Part shown: positions 24,974-43,965 of the stretch, piece after piece
Position numbering within the stretch: the first letter of the stretch is position 1
How the letters are laid out: each line of letters opens with the position of its first letter
Source of the DNA: the human T2T-CHM13v2.0 reference genome, Homo sapiens
Strand: one strand, 5' to 3'
Assembly: GCF_009914755.1 (NCBI RefSeq)
Contig: NC_060938.1
DNA length: 64,000 nt
Translations under genes and position numbers: made by a program
Notes under the pieces: model-generated
The model's input: the letters and a program-made list of their open reading frames with translations, nothing else
What the model was told of the DNA's origin: nothing
The model's database searches: none

Positions 24974-25077
24974 GGGCTTGCTTCGGCAGCACATATACTA
25001 AAATTAGAACGAAACAGAGATTAGCACGACCCCTGCACAAGGATGACATGAAATTTGTTAAGTGTTCCATATTTTTT
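24974..25077 (+). pseudogene. U6 snRNA retropseudogene, full length, diverged (possibly RNU6-539P; name unverified)
   Basis: GGGCTTGCTTCGGCAGCACATATACTAAAATTAGAACGAAACAGAGATTAGCAC...GTTCCATATTTTTT; 3-nt deletion after ACAGAGA; A-rich tail; TSD-like aaaaaacacatt / aagaaagacatt. Confidence 0.93.
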
Positions 25078-25206
25078 AATTTTAAATTTAAAATTTAAAA
25101 AAATTACAATGAAAAAGAAAGACATTGGCTGGGCCCGGTCGCTCATACCTGTAACTCCAACACTTTAGAAGGCTGAAGTGGGAGGATTGCTAAAGCCACA
25201 AGTTCA

Positions 25207-25383
<177 letters not shown>

Positions 25384-25524
25384 TCAGGGAAGGGGGAGTG
25401 AGACACCACCTCTAAAAAAACTAAAGACAACCGAGCGCAGTGGCTCATGCCTGTAATCCCAGCACTTTGGGAGGCCGAGGCAGGCAGATTGCCTGAGGTC
25501 AAGAGATCAAGACCAGCAAGGCTA

Positions 25525-25836
<312 letters not shown>

Positions 25837-25964
25837 TTATCTCACAGTTCTTTCACGTTCTGACATATGACCCATTTTACCTTTTTTTTAAGAGACAGGG
25901 TCTCATTATGTTGCCCAGTACATTTTAATACAATACGAAATGGGTTTAAAAACAAAACACTTTA

Positions 25965-26924
<960 letters not shown>

Positions 26925-27054
26925 TTAATATTAATAGTTACACGGCAAGAGCAATATAGTTAATTATACCATTTGCCCACAAATTTCCACATTTGGTAAT
27001 GTAGCCCAATGAAGTAACTCCAACACTCCAGTAAAACCAAAGGCAATATGCTTA

Positions 27055-27381
<327 letters not shown>

Positions 27382-28046
27382 CTACAATAGAAAAAAAAAA
27401 ACCCCAAACAGCCTAAATGTAAAAGTTAGGGAAATTAAATTATGATAGCTCAACACAACAAAATAGTAGAAAGAGGGTTACCTAATGGAAACAATGTTAG
27501 AAAAAAAGGAAAACATAAATAATGTTAGGTAAAACATAGCAAAGACACACAAAAAAGTTATATCCTAGAAAATGGAAGGCATATGTAGGCTAAAATGAAA
27601 TTACTTCTTAAAGATTTAGAATTAAAGACTTTTTAAAATTTAATATTGCTAGATAACCTTTTCAATAAAAAAGAAGGGGGAACATAATGAAAATAAAGCT
27701 AACGAAAGAATACCACCTTCCAAATTTATTACTGACAGTGAAGATCAGAGTTACTCTACAGGTATAATTAAAATACAAAGAAGCATCCATGAAAACAGTC
27801 AAAAATGCCTTACAACTGTTTACAAGATAGTCACAGAATACGGTGGGAGTAATCCCAAATTCATCTGAAATGACAGGTTGCAATGTAAGTGGCTTCAGTA
27901 AATGTAGCCACCATTTACGTTGGTTAGAGAGATAGATAACCAGAAATTACTAAGTGCTGAAAAACTAGTAGCAGGCCAGGCGCAGTGGCTCACGCCTGTA
28001 ATCCCAGCACTTTGGGAGGCCAAGGTGGGCAGATTATCTGAGGTCA

Positions 28047-28298
<252 letters not shown>

Positions 28299-28782
28299 TT
28301 AGAGTAGAAAAGGACATTTACTACACAAATAATCAGCAAAGGGCTCATAATCAGATTAGATAAAGAGCTCTAAGAGATCATATCAAATGTTGCTAAGGAT
28401 GTGGAGCTAAGGGAATTTTCAACATCAATGAATCTCACAGACATTATATATTGAATAAAAGAGCCAGGCGTGGTGGCTCACCCCCGTAATCCCAACACCT
28501 TAGGAGGTTGAGATGGGAAGATTGCTTGAGCCAGGGGTCCAAGGTCAGCCTGGGCAACGAAGTGAGAGTCTGTCTCTACAAAAAATAAAAAAATTGGCCA
28601 GGCATGGTGGTGCACATCTGTGGTACCAGCTACATGAAAGGCTAAGGCAAGAGGGTCACTTGAGCCCAGGAGGCCGAGTTTGCAGTAAGCCCTGATCATG
28701 CCACTGAATTCCAGCCTGGCCAACAGAGCAAGACTCTATCTCAAAAAAATAAAAAATATTGCATAAAAGAAGGCAGACCCAA

Positions 28783-31071
<2,289 letters not shown>

Positions 31072-31372
31072 ATTTGACTATTTTCTGGTTGCATATTAGT
31101 CCTGAAATGTCAAGTACCAAATAATTTACTTCTCAGATCTTCATCTCCTACATTCATAAGGCTATTCTAAATGGCTAAAGTCTGCCTAAACTCAGACCTA
31201 CAGATAAAATGAAGGTTATTACTGGAAAATTTTATTTTATTTGTGTGGCACCCATTTCCTAGGGTAGTAACAACCTTTGACACAGAAAAAAAATGTTCCC
31301 CCACTCATGTTATATAGCACTATTACAAAATGATTAATAAGAAATTTTCCTTCACCATATCCCACAAATTTA

Positions 31373-31504
<132 letters not shown>

Positions 31505-32077
31505 CTAGCAAGAGAAAGAAAAAGGCATTCATTTAGTAAAAGTGAATTCCTAACCATTTGGTATTGGTTTATAAATAAGCTTCTTTTCATTATCATCAGG
31601 AATATTTAAAACGTTGTGAATAACAGTATAGTCATAAAGTAATAGATTGCAGATGATAATCAGAGGGAAAACATTTTATTATAAACACTAACTCTGAAAC
31701 AGTGTTTTATTTGCATTTTTTTAAGACAGGGTCTCACTCTGTCACCCAAACTGGAGCCCAGTGGTGTGATCATGGCTCGCTGCAGCCTCGACTTCCCTGG
31801 CTCAGGTGATCCTCCTGCATCAGCCTCCTGAGGATTGGGACCACAGGCACATGCCACTATCCCCAGCTAATTTTTTCATTATTTGTAGAGACAGGGTCTC
31901 ACTATGTTGCCCAGGCTAATCTCAAACTCCTGGGCACAAGCAATCCTCCTGCCTTGGCCTCCCAAAGTGCTGGGATTACAAGCGTAAGCTACTGAGCCAG
32001 GCTTTTATTTTCAATTTTTAAGTAGAGAATGATGGACCTATAGCAAAATTTGCTTTGTTGCTTTATACCACTGCTAA

Positions 32078-32252
<175 letters not shown>

Positions 32253-33841
32253 TAGCTGAAATTACAGGCGTGTGCCACCACACCCGGCTAATTTTTCTAT
32301 TTTTAGTAGAGACGGGGTTTCACCATGTTGGTCAGGCTGGTCTCGAAGTTCTGACCTCGTGATCCGCCCACCTCAGCCTCCCAAAGTGCTGGGATTACAG
32401 GCATGAGCCACTGTGCCCAGCCAACCTTTACTTATTTATTTATTTATTTATTTATTTGGAGACGGAGTCTCACTTTGTCACCCAGGCTGGAGTACAGTAG
32501 CACAATCTTGGCTCACTGCAACTTCTGCCTCCCAGGTTCAAGCAATCCTCCTGCCTCACCCTCCCAAGAGTAGCTGGGACTACAGGCGCCCACTACCACG
32601 CCTGGCTAATTTTTTGTATTTTAGTAGAGACGGGGTTTCTCCACGTTGCCCAGGCTGGTCTCGAACTCCTGAGCTCAGGCAATCTGCCCACCTCGGCCTC
32701 CCAAAGTGTTAGGATTACAGGCGTGAGCCACCACACCCAGTCCCTTTATTTTTTTTAAGTCTCTTTGATGACACTTCTAAGTATGCCAAATTTCCCTTTT
32801 GTATGCTTCATTTATGTTCAAAATTAATTAATTGTTTCCACTAATCTTCTACTTCTAATACATATCAACTATGGACCATGAGCTTATGGCTTATGGTATC
32901 CTGTAAATAGTCCACCACCTTATATCCAGTTACCCCTACCAATTCTTTTTTTTTTTTTCTTTAAGAGAGTCTTTGCCAGGAGCGGTGGCTCAGGCCTGTA
33001 ATCCCAACACTTTGGGAGGCCGAGGTAGGTGGATCACTTGAGGTCAGGAGTTCAAGACCAGCCTGGCCAATATGGTGAAACCCCATCTCTACTAAAAATA
33101 CAAAAATTAGCTGGGCGTGCTGGCGCATGCCTGTAATCCCAGCTACTCAGGAGGCTGAGGCAAAAGAATCGCTTGAACCCAAGAGGCGGAGGTTACAGTG
33201 AGCCGAGATGACACTACTGCAATCCAGCCTGGGCAACAGAGCAAGACTCTGTCTCAAAAAAAAAAAAAAAAAAGAAAGGGACAGAGTCTCTCTGTTGCCC
33301 AGGCAAGGCTCAAACTCCTGGACTCAAGCAATCTCCCACCTTAGCCTCCCAAGTAGCTAGGATTACAAGTGCCCTGCCACTGTGCCCAGCTTATTCCTAC
33401 AAACTTTACTAATATAACCCAAAGAGAATTTTCCTGGTATCGTCTCTAAGCTTTTGATAACCTATTTCAATCCAATGTAATAACTCTCATTCTTTATTAA
33501 ATCCCCTTCCTCCTATCCCTGGCCATAAGGTTCTTTTTCTTATTAACAATTAAAATAATATTAGTATATCAAATCCAAATACAATTTACTTGGCAATACC
33601 TACTCTTTTAGATTACATGTACCGTCTTTTTGTACAAATATTGAAGTATGACATGGACTGGTAACAAGACTACTCTGTAGCCTCTAAAATATCTTACAAT
33701 TGTTTCTAATTTTTTAATATAAAAGACCCTTTAGTTAAGACCAATAAGAAAGAATGCTTTCTTCAAGACTCAAATACGGTCTGGGTATGGCAGCTCACGC
33801 CTGTAATCCCAGCACTCTGGGAGGCCGAGGCAGGCGGATCA

Positions 33842-34081
<240 letters not shown>

Positions 34082-35551
34082 TTAAATACGAAACAAATTT
34101 TACAGAAGTTAATCTAAGACCACCTTCAAAAAAAAGACAAAAAATCCACTCCTTGACAAAGGTTGAAAAAAAACAACAAGAAACACATAAATTCATTATT
34201 AAAATTAATGCTAACATTTTCATAACTAAGAAGAGTTCTTCTCCAGACCTTATAGCTCAAATTGACTGAAATTCGCATTTTATATACTCACATAGGCAGA
34301 ATAACTTCCTAGGATAAACAATCTGCTCCTCCTTAACTCAGTAGTTTTAAGAATGACCTATACTGATTTGATTAAACAGTAACCTACATGTAGGGCTATC
34401 TTTAAATCCCTAGAGGAAAATCACAATCAGTTCTTCCAGAGTCCCTGAGTAATAATTTTATTCAAGAAAAATAAAGACAAAAGGCATCATTGAAAGGACA
34501 GAAGTTCACACAAAGGAATAGTAAAAAGGGGATTATTTATCATGGAGAGTACAGATGGACACATAGTACATATTTAAAGCTTGTTTCATTTCCCTATCAA
34601 CAGCTTGGTGAAATCAACCTGCTGCTGTGTGCCACAAAGCTATAGCTGTCATCCCCAAATGTGAATACTGGAACAACCACTGTGATTTATCACATAATAG
34701 ACATAACTCTGCCTGTGCCATGCAACAGTAACAGCTCTTTGATTTATAAAGTGCTTAACATTGTCTGCTCCATTGAGGAAATCTTTCTATACATTTAGAT
34801 TGACACGTACACCTAACCCATAGAATTCTAAGTATTTTTTAAAGTGACTGACCTATTAGTGTAGTCTGATTTGGAGATGTTTACACAATCCCAGTGTCCT
34901 ATTTCATTGGCCTGTTACCTCATCCATAAAACTGAAATTGTATTTGTTCTTCACAGTCCACTGAGTTGCTAAACAACTTAAATGAAATACATATTATTCA
35001 TCTGCCTTAAAAAGTGCTACACAACAGGTAGCATTATTATTGTCATTATTATTAAGGACAGGCCCCAAAAGAACTATTTTGGGTTACTATTAAATAAATT
35101 AAACTTTAATAATCTGAGAATTTTGTGAAAGCCCTTGTGATATGGAAACACTTACCTAATTTGTAATCCAAAACAGACTCTAAATTGCTGGGGGGTAAAG
35201 CTCTTCTCTGTAAAGCCTCTAATGAAATAACTCAATGCCATAACAGATACATTGCCAAAGTAAGGAGCGGAGCAGGAAGGAAATGAACATGTATGGAGTT
35301 CTAATATGTGTCAGGTATTGTTTCAGGTGCCTTTCTTTTTTTTTTAGATGGAGTCTCGCTCTGTCGCCCAGGCTGGAGTGAAACAGTGCGAACTCAGCTG
35401 ACTGCAATCTCTATCTCCCAGGTTCAAGTGGTTCTCCTGCCCCATCCTCCCAAGTAGCTGGAATTACAGGTGTGTGCCACCACGCCTGGCTAGTAGAGAC
35501 AGGGTTTCACCATGTTGGCTGGGCTGGCCTTGAACTTCTGACCTCAAGTGA

Positions 35552-35641
<90 letters not shown>

Positions 35642-36186
35642 TAATCCAATAATTTCATGAAGGAGGTACTATCCACATTTTACATTTAAAGAAACTAAAT
35701 TCCAAGAGGTTAAGTAACTTTTCCAGGTTATAAAATTACTTTCTGACAAAGCTATTAATTCAAAGTTAAGTATATGTGACTCGAAAGTCTCGTGTACCAC
35801 ATGAATTTTCAATCTATATGTTACATCAATAAAAGAATGGGTAGCATGCCCACCCATGTAAAAATCTGTTTTAATAGTAAAAACAAAACAGAAAAATAAA
35901 AAGACTTAGTAACATATTAATGTCAGTGAGTATTCCAAAAAAAAAAAAATACTGACTGGGTACAGAGGAATACGACTCACAAAAGTGAGCTCTGGAAGAT
36001 AAGACTAGGAAAAAAAGGTGGGGCAGGGAGGAGAAAGAACACAGAAAGCCAAGAATGTTAGGCTATAGAATATGGATTTAGAAATTAGGAAACCATAAAA
36101 GGTGAGGTAACTAATGAAAATTATACTTTAAAAAAATTAATGTTGGGCCAGGCGCGGTGGCTCATGCCTGTAATCCCAGCACTTCA

Positions 36187-36477
<291 letters not shown>

Positions 36478-36735
36478 CTAATTTAGAATTGTTTTGATGC
36501 AGAGAAGTGAATTACAGTTAAGGAACTGTAAGGCTGAATGTGATAAAAGCTTGAACTCTAATAGTGACTGTGGAAACAGAAGATCTGGAGCAGAACAGGA
36601 TGTGAAAGGTAATGGGGAGAAATCAATTAATAAATATTCACTTTATTCAACCCATTATCTGTCAACCACTCCCTTTACCTTCATTTTATCTGCACTTTAT
36701 TCGTAACAGTGAAGGAAACCCCAATTAAAAACTTA

Positions 36736-36942
<207 letters not shown>

Positions 36943-37029
36943 CTAAACAGGCTTAAAATGTAGGTTAAAAAAAATCAGTAATCTCATACTTAATTGTCAA
37001 AGAGAAAATAAGCCTATAAAATGTTCTTA

Positions 37030-37128
<99 letters not shown>

Positions 37129-37599
37129 TTACACTATTGTCTGAAACATAAAACTACACATAATTTAATAAAAGCTTCGAAAGAGCGGATCTCAGTCTCT
37201 AAGGATATGGAGTCAGCCGAGGAGCAGAGTCTGAAAGCCATTTGGAGATTCAGTTCAAAACTTAAGAGTAACGATTTAAAAACAGAAGTGGTCTATCAGC
37301 TCTAGGAACAACACACTATAGCTTGCGTCTTCCAAATGACCCAATTTTGGGGGAGAAATACAGTAAAATATAATCCAATTAATTTATTACAAGGGAGAAA
37401 AAAAAAGATAAAAGAGGGCCCCGAAAATATGACAAAGCTCACAGGGCTGAATAATAGAATCCAGACTAGAATCCAGATCTCAGTCCAAATCTGCTCAATC
37501 CAGCTAAAACCTCGATGCTCTCTCTCTCTCTGGGGTGAGGGGAGGGAGGTGTTCAAGAAACCAAGCCCCCAGTCTGGAAACCTCTGAAGCAAACGACCA

Positions 37600-38500
37600 C
37601 TCTGGCGTCTCGTGTTTTAACAAACGTTTCCTGCCCAACCCGGACAACCCAGGCCAACAATGCAAGAGCTTCGCGCTAGCGGGGCAAGCCAGAGAGCTGG
37701 GAGGACGCGGGGGATGGGGCACGAGGTGCCTGGGACCCCCAGGGGTATCCTAAGGGTCACGGGAAAGACACCACACGCCTGCCCACTCAGGCCTAGGCAG
37801 GTCCATAGACGCACTAGGAAATAAGGAAACACATCAAGCTGGTCTGTTTGCGCCATGGGACTCCGGCCTCTGCCTCCTGCACTCCCCACACGAGCCTCGT
37901 CACTTAGGGTACTGTACCTAGCATTCAGCTCCGCGAGTACGGCGCGGAGGTCAATGGTGCTAAAGCGGCTCTTCATGGCGAGGCCCGAGGGTCACTACCG
38001 CAATTTCCTCTACTGCCCGGCCGGACTCGACGCCACTTCTCCTCCGCGCAGGCGCACTTGGCGGAGCTCTACGGCCGCGCAGAAGACCCAATATTCCTCG
38101 AGGCGAACGTATTTGTGTCGCTTTTCTGAAGATTTCGATTGTCAAGTTGCAGCTGACTCTCTTCATTGTACCAAAATTCAAATTCGAATAAAGATTCAAA
38201 CTGTTCTCTTGAAACTGCATTCCTTCCTGGAACCCTTACGGACCAGTCTGGTTACCGTGCCCCATTGTGTCTTGGGCTCAAGTCAGCCTTCATAGTGACC
38301 CCTGCTGGTCGAAACAATTTTCGAGATGATTATCAGGAGTATTTCCCCACAGGGGGGCCGTAGGGCTCAGTGTAGAAGAGCAAGGACCCCTTTCTGCGCG
38401 CTTACTTTGACATAAGATTTTGAAATGTAAGGAAACGGAACTGCTTCGGTCCTTCTAAGATTATCCTCAACGATCGAGGCGAACTCTCAAAACGGAGTTC
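37600..38500 (-). promoter_or_regulatory. NEMF CpG-island promoter (TATA-less) with NRF1-type motif at 38046-38056
   Basis: High CpG density around exon 1; TGCGCCTGCGC on the minus strand about 70 nt upstream of the ATG. Confidence 0.8.
37918..37976 (-). CDS. NEMF: NEMF exon 1 coding part ([20 protein letters not shown])
   Basis: Kozak context CTCGCC-ATG-A; donor AG|gtacag; 59 nt. Confidence 0.97.
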
Positions 38501-38835
38501 CTATTTTGATGGGTCCTGCTCTCCGAAGGAGCATTCTGCAATTGATTACAGGATTCTCATCGAACCTCGGTCTTGGTACCCCTGAGACTCACCGCAGTAC
38601 CTGGTGTACAATCGGTGCTCCATAAACACTTGGCAGCATGAATGTGCAAGTGTTTAGCTAGATAATGGTGAAATAAGATAAAAATAAAAACAAGAAGATT
38701 CCCAATGGGGGTGGGGTGGGAGGGGGGATTCACAGTGTAGTGAGGAAAATAGTCCTGTAAGAATGTAAATTCTGCATTTCTTTTGTCTTAGGATAGATGC
38801 ATGGGAAGAAAGGCTACTTTATAAGGTGAGAACTC

Positions 38836-38839
38836 AAAA
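38836..38839 (-). terminator. Pol III terminator T4 of RN7SL3 (backup T-runs at 38809-38812, 38746-38749, 38686-38690)
   Basis: CTC-TTTT-GAG on the minus strand at the 7SL 3' end. Confidence 0.85.
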
Positions 38840-39137
38840 GAGGCAGGGTCTCACTATGTTGCCCAGGCTGGAGTGCAGTGGCTATTCACAGGCGCGATCC
38901 CACTACTGATCAGCACGGGAGTTTTGACCTGCTCCGTTTCCGACCTGGGCCGGTTCACCCCTCCTTAGGCAACCTGGTGGTCCCCCGCTCCCGGGAGGTC
39001 ACCATATTGATGCCGAACTCAGTGCGGACACCCGATCGGCATAGCGCACTACAGCCCAGAACTCCTGAACTCAAGGGATCCTCCAGCCTCAGCCTCCCGA
39101 GTAGCTGGGACTACAGGCACGCGCCACCGCGCCCGGC
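38839..39137 (-). ncRNA. RN7SL3: 7SL (SRP) RNA gene RN7SL3
   Basis: Full 299 nt GCCGGGCGCGGTGGCGCGTGCC...complete S domain (CCAGGTCGGAAACGGAGCAGG)...CCCTGCCTCT, then TTTT; no poly(A) tail; lies just upstream of NEMF. Confidence 0.95.
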
Positions 39138-39329
39138 GCTCGGCGTCGCTGCAAAAGAGCTGCTAGAGGCTTGCAGGCTACACATGGTAGCAACCAGAAT
39201 TCCTACCACCAGAAGGCGACTCTAAACAGAAAGGGCGCCGCTGCTATTTCAGAACTGGTACCAGTAGATGCAAAAATGGCTATAGCACATACTGCACAGC
39301 ATTACTGTCATACGGTACAGTAAACCATA

Positions 39330-40386
39330 CAGAATGGCCCAAAATATGAAAGCATTGGGGAGAAGGTGGAGAACAGGGAACTTTTGTATGCTGTTGATGG
39401 GAATGTAAATTAGTAGAGCCATTGTGCAAAACAGTATAAAGGCTCCTCACAAAATTAAGAATAGAATTACCATGTGATCTAGCAACAACATCACTATCCT
39501 GAAGATATATGTTCATGTTCATTGCAGCATTATTCACAATAGCCAAGATATAGGGATAATCTACTTTTCATCAATGGATGAACGGATAATGAGTGCAAAT
39601 ATATATGTACACACACACACACACACACATACATACATACAGTGGAATATTATTCAGCTTTCAAAAAAGAAATAAATCTTGCTGTTTGCAACTGGCATGG
39701 ATTTAACAACATGGATGAACCTGGAGGACATTATGCTAAGTGAAATAAGCCAGACATAAAAAGACAAATACTGCATGATCTCACTTATACGTGGAATCTA
39801 GAAGTTTCTCATAGAAACAGACAGCAGAAATGTGGTTTCCAGGACTTGGGATGTAGGGGAAATGGGAAGATACTGGTCAAAATGCACAAACTTTCGGTTG
39901 TAAGTAGAGTAAGTTCTGGAGACTTAATGTACAACATGCTGATTATAGTTCATAGTAATGTATTGTATGCTTGAAATTTGCATGGGAACAGAAAACCAAA
40001 TACCGTATGTTCTCACTTATAAATGGGAGCTGAATGATGAGAACACATGGACCCATGGAGGGGAACAGCACACACTGGCGCTTATCAGAGGGTGGAGAAT
40101 GGGAGGAGGGAGAGGGTCAGCAAAAATAACTAATGGGTACTAGGTTTAATACCTGGGTGATGAAATAACCTGTAAAACAAACCCCATGACACAAATTTAC
40201 CTATATAACAAACCTGCACATATACCCCATGAACTTAAAATAAAAGTTAAATTAAAATAAAAAACAGAAATTTGCTAAGAAAGTGGATATCAAATACACA
40301 CATACAAAGTGTGAGGTTATGGATGTGTTAATTGGCTTGATTGTAGTAATCATCTCACAGTGTATACATACATCAAAACATCACAT
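39330..40386 (+). mobile_element. L1MA 3' end with nested L1PA 3' UTR (~39985-40265), just upstream of RN7SL3
   Basis: CATTGCAGCATTATTCACAATAGCCAAG; CAGAAAACCAAATACCGTATGTTCTCACTTATAAATGGGAGCTGAATGATGAGAACACATGG. Confidence 0.85.
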
Positions 40387-40535
40387 GGCTGGGCCGGGTT
40401 GCTCACACCTATAATTCCAACACCTTGGGAGGCCAAGGCTGGCAGATGGCCTGAGCCCAGAAGACCAGCCCGGACAACATAGTGAGGCCCCCTCACCAAT
40501 CTCTACAAAAAAATAAAAAAATTAGCCAGGTGTGA

Positions 40536-40988
<453 letters not shown>

Positions 40989-40997
40989 TCAAAAAAA

Positions 40998-41131
40998 ATA
41001 TATATATATAATATTTATATATATAGATATATGTATAATATATTTATATAATATGTATAATATATTTATATAATATTTATATAATATGTATAATATATTT
41101 ATATAATATATAATATATTTATATATATATA
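40998..41131. repeat. AT-rich minisatellite / degenerate (TA)n grown from an Alu tail
   Basis: Near-100% AT with units TATAATATATTTA / TATAATATG. Confidence 0.9.
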
Positions 41132-42181
41132 CACACCTCAAATATATGCAAATTTTATTTGTTCCCATAATTCATTTTACACTACTATAACAGAACACCA
41201 CAAACTAAGTAATTTATAAAGAACATAAATTTAATGCCTCACAGTCCTGGAGACTAGGAAGTCCAAGATCAAAGGACTGGCATCTTGAAAGGGCTTTCTT
41301 GGTGTTACATCCCATGGTGGAAGAGCAACGAGAGAATGAGAGAGACAAGAGGACCAAACTCATCCTTTTATAAGGAAACCATTCCCATTTCTTTTCTCAG
41401 TAGCCCGAAACTGAGCCCCAGGCACTGTCTTATATAAAATATTTTAGTCTCTTATAAGCTTAGCATTAACCATCACTATGTTTGGCCTCATCAATAGATG
41501 TCTGGAATCTAGAATGAGAGATGGGATTTTTCAGTCCTATGCTTAGAGAGTAAATCAGAGATAGAATACATTGTTGTGTACTGGGGAATCATATTTTCCC
41601 AGAAAGACATACAAATGGAACAAACAGAATAGTGGAATTCAATTGAAACCATGTAATACAAAAAATAGTTGTGGTTCTTCTGGGTAAAAATAATGCTAAA
41701 TTTGTTATTTATAACCCCAAGGGTTAAAGAAAGTACTAATGAAAAAATTTTAGGGCAATGGATTAAATCTTAACATAAGGAAGAACTTTCTGGTAGTAAA
41801 GACCGTTCAAATATTATTTAGAGATATATTCAGGCACTAAAAACCATTAAGAATAACAAGAGAATGCCACGAAGTCAGAATAGTGGTTATTTCTAAGAGG
41901 AAAGGTACTTGGGTGCGGGTTTCTGGGATGCAGGCAAAGTTCTATTTCTAGATGCCAATTATATAGTTTCTCACTTTATAAATTCCTTAAACTTACATTA
42001 TGTGTATGTCTTATGCACAGTTTCATATGTACGACACAGCTCACAAAGTTTAAAAAACAAAACAGCCAGGCACAGTGGCTTGCGCCTGTAATCCCAGCCC
42101 TTTAGGAGACTGAGGCAGGTGGATCACTTGAGCCCAGGAGTTTAAAACCAGCCTGTGCAACATGTTGAAATCCATTCTCTA

Positions 42182-42370
<189 letters not shown>

Positions 42371-42724
42371 TTAAAATGAAATTAAAGAGGCTGGGCACGG
42401 TGGCTCACACCTGTACTCCCAGCAATTTGGGAGGCTGAGGCAGGCGCAGATCACCTGAGATCAGGAGTTCGAGACCACCCTGGGCAACATGGTGAAACCC
42501 CATCTCTACTAAAAATACAAAAATTAGCCAGGTGTGGTGGCACATGCCTGTAATGCCAGCTACTGGGGAAGCTTAGGCAGGAGAATCACTTGAGCCTGGG
42601 ACGTGGAGGTTGCGGTGAGTCAAGATCGCAACACTATACTCCAGCCCGGGTGACACAGCGAACGAGACTCTGTCTCAAAAACACAACAACAACAAAACCA
42701 AGAAGTTAAAGAGTAGGTATGATA

Positions 42725-43222
42725 GAAATTAAAAATGGCCACACATTCTTTAACACTCATGAAGTAGGTTCTGTTTTCTTCCCATCTTTGAATCCAGGGT
42801 AGCCTGTGATTCCTTTGACCAACAAAGCGTGGTAAACAGAAGTGATACTATGCTATTTTTGGCTCTAGCCTTTAATAAGACTTGTAGCTTCCAGTTTGGC
42901 CTCTTGAAGCTTGAGTTACAATGTTAGAAGTCTAATACCCTACCGTAGAGAGGCATTGAGACTACAGGGAGAGGAAGAGGAGCATGTCTTTACAGCCAAG
43001 CCTGTCAAGGCAGAGGCATGTGAATTCAGTTATCTTGGGCCCTACAAATTAGACCAGCCACCAGCTGAATACCACAATCAACTTCGCCTGGAGCAGAAGA
43101 ATGTTCAGCTGAGTTTTGCTACAAATTCCTAACCCTCAAAGTCATGAAACCTAATAAAAACCTAGTTGTATTCTCAAACTACTAAATGTTGGAGTAGTTT
43201 GTTATACGCAATAAATTACACA
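42725..43222 (+). mobile_element. MaLR (MLT1-type) LTR remnant
   Basis: 3' end GTAGTTTGTTATACGCAATAAATTACA; start AAAATGGCCACACATTCTTT. Confidence 0.6.
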
Positions 43223-43377
43223 AAAATAGGCAGATTTAAGCAAATACATTAAAAAAGAAAGTAAGGGCCGGGTGAGGTGGCTCATGCCTGTAATCCCAGC
43301 ACTTTGGGAGGCCGAGGCAGGTGGATCACGAGGTCAGGAGATCAAGACCAGCCTGGCCAAGATGGTGAAACCCCTTA

Positions 43378-43965
<588 letters not shown>

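Noticed and set aside
38011-38835. Pol III read-through from RN7SL3 into NEMF (chimeric 7SL-NEMF RNA)
   Set aside because: Several T4/T5 runs within 160 nt of the primary terminator make long read-through unlikely.
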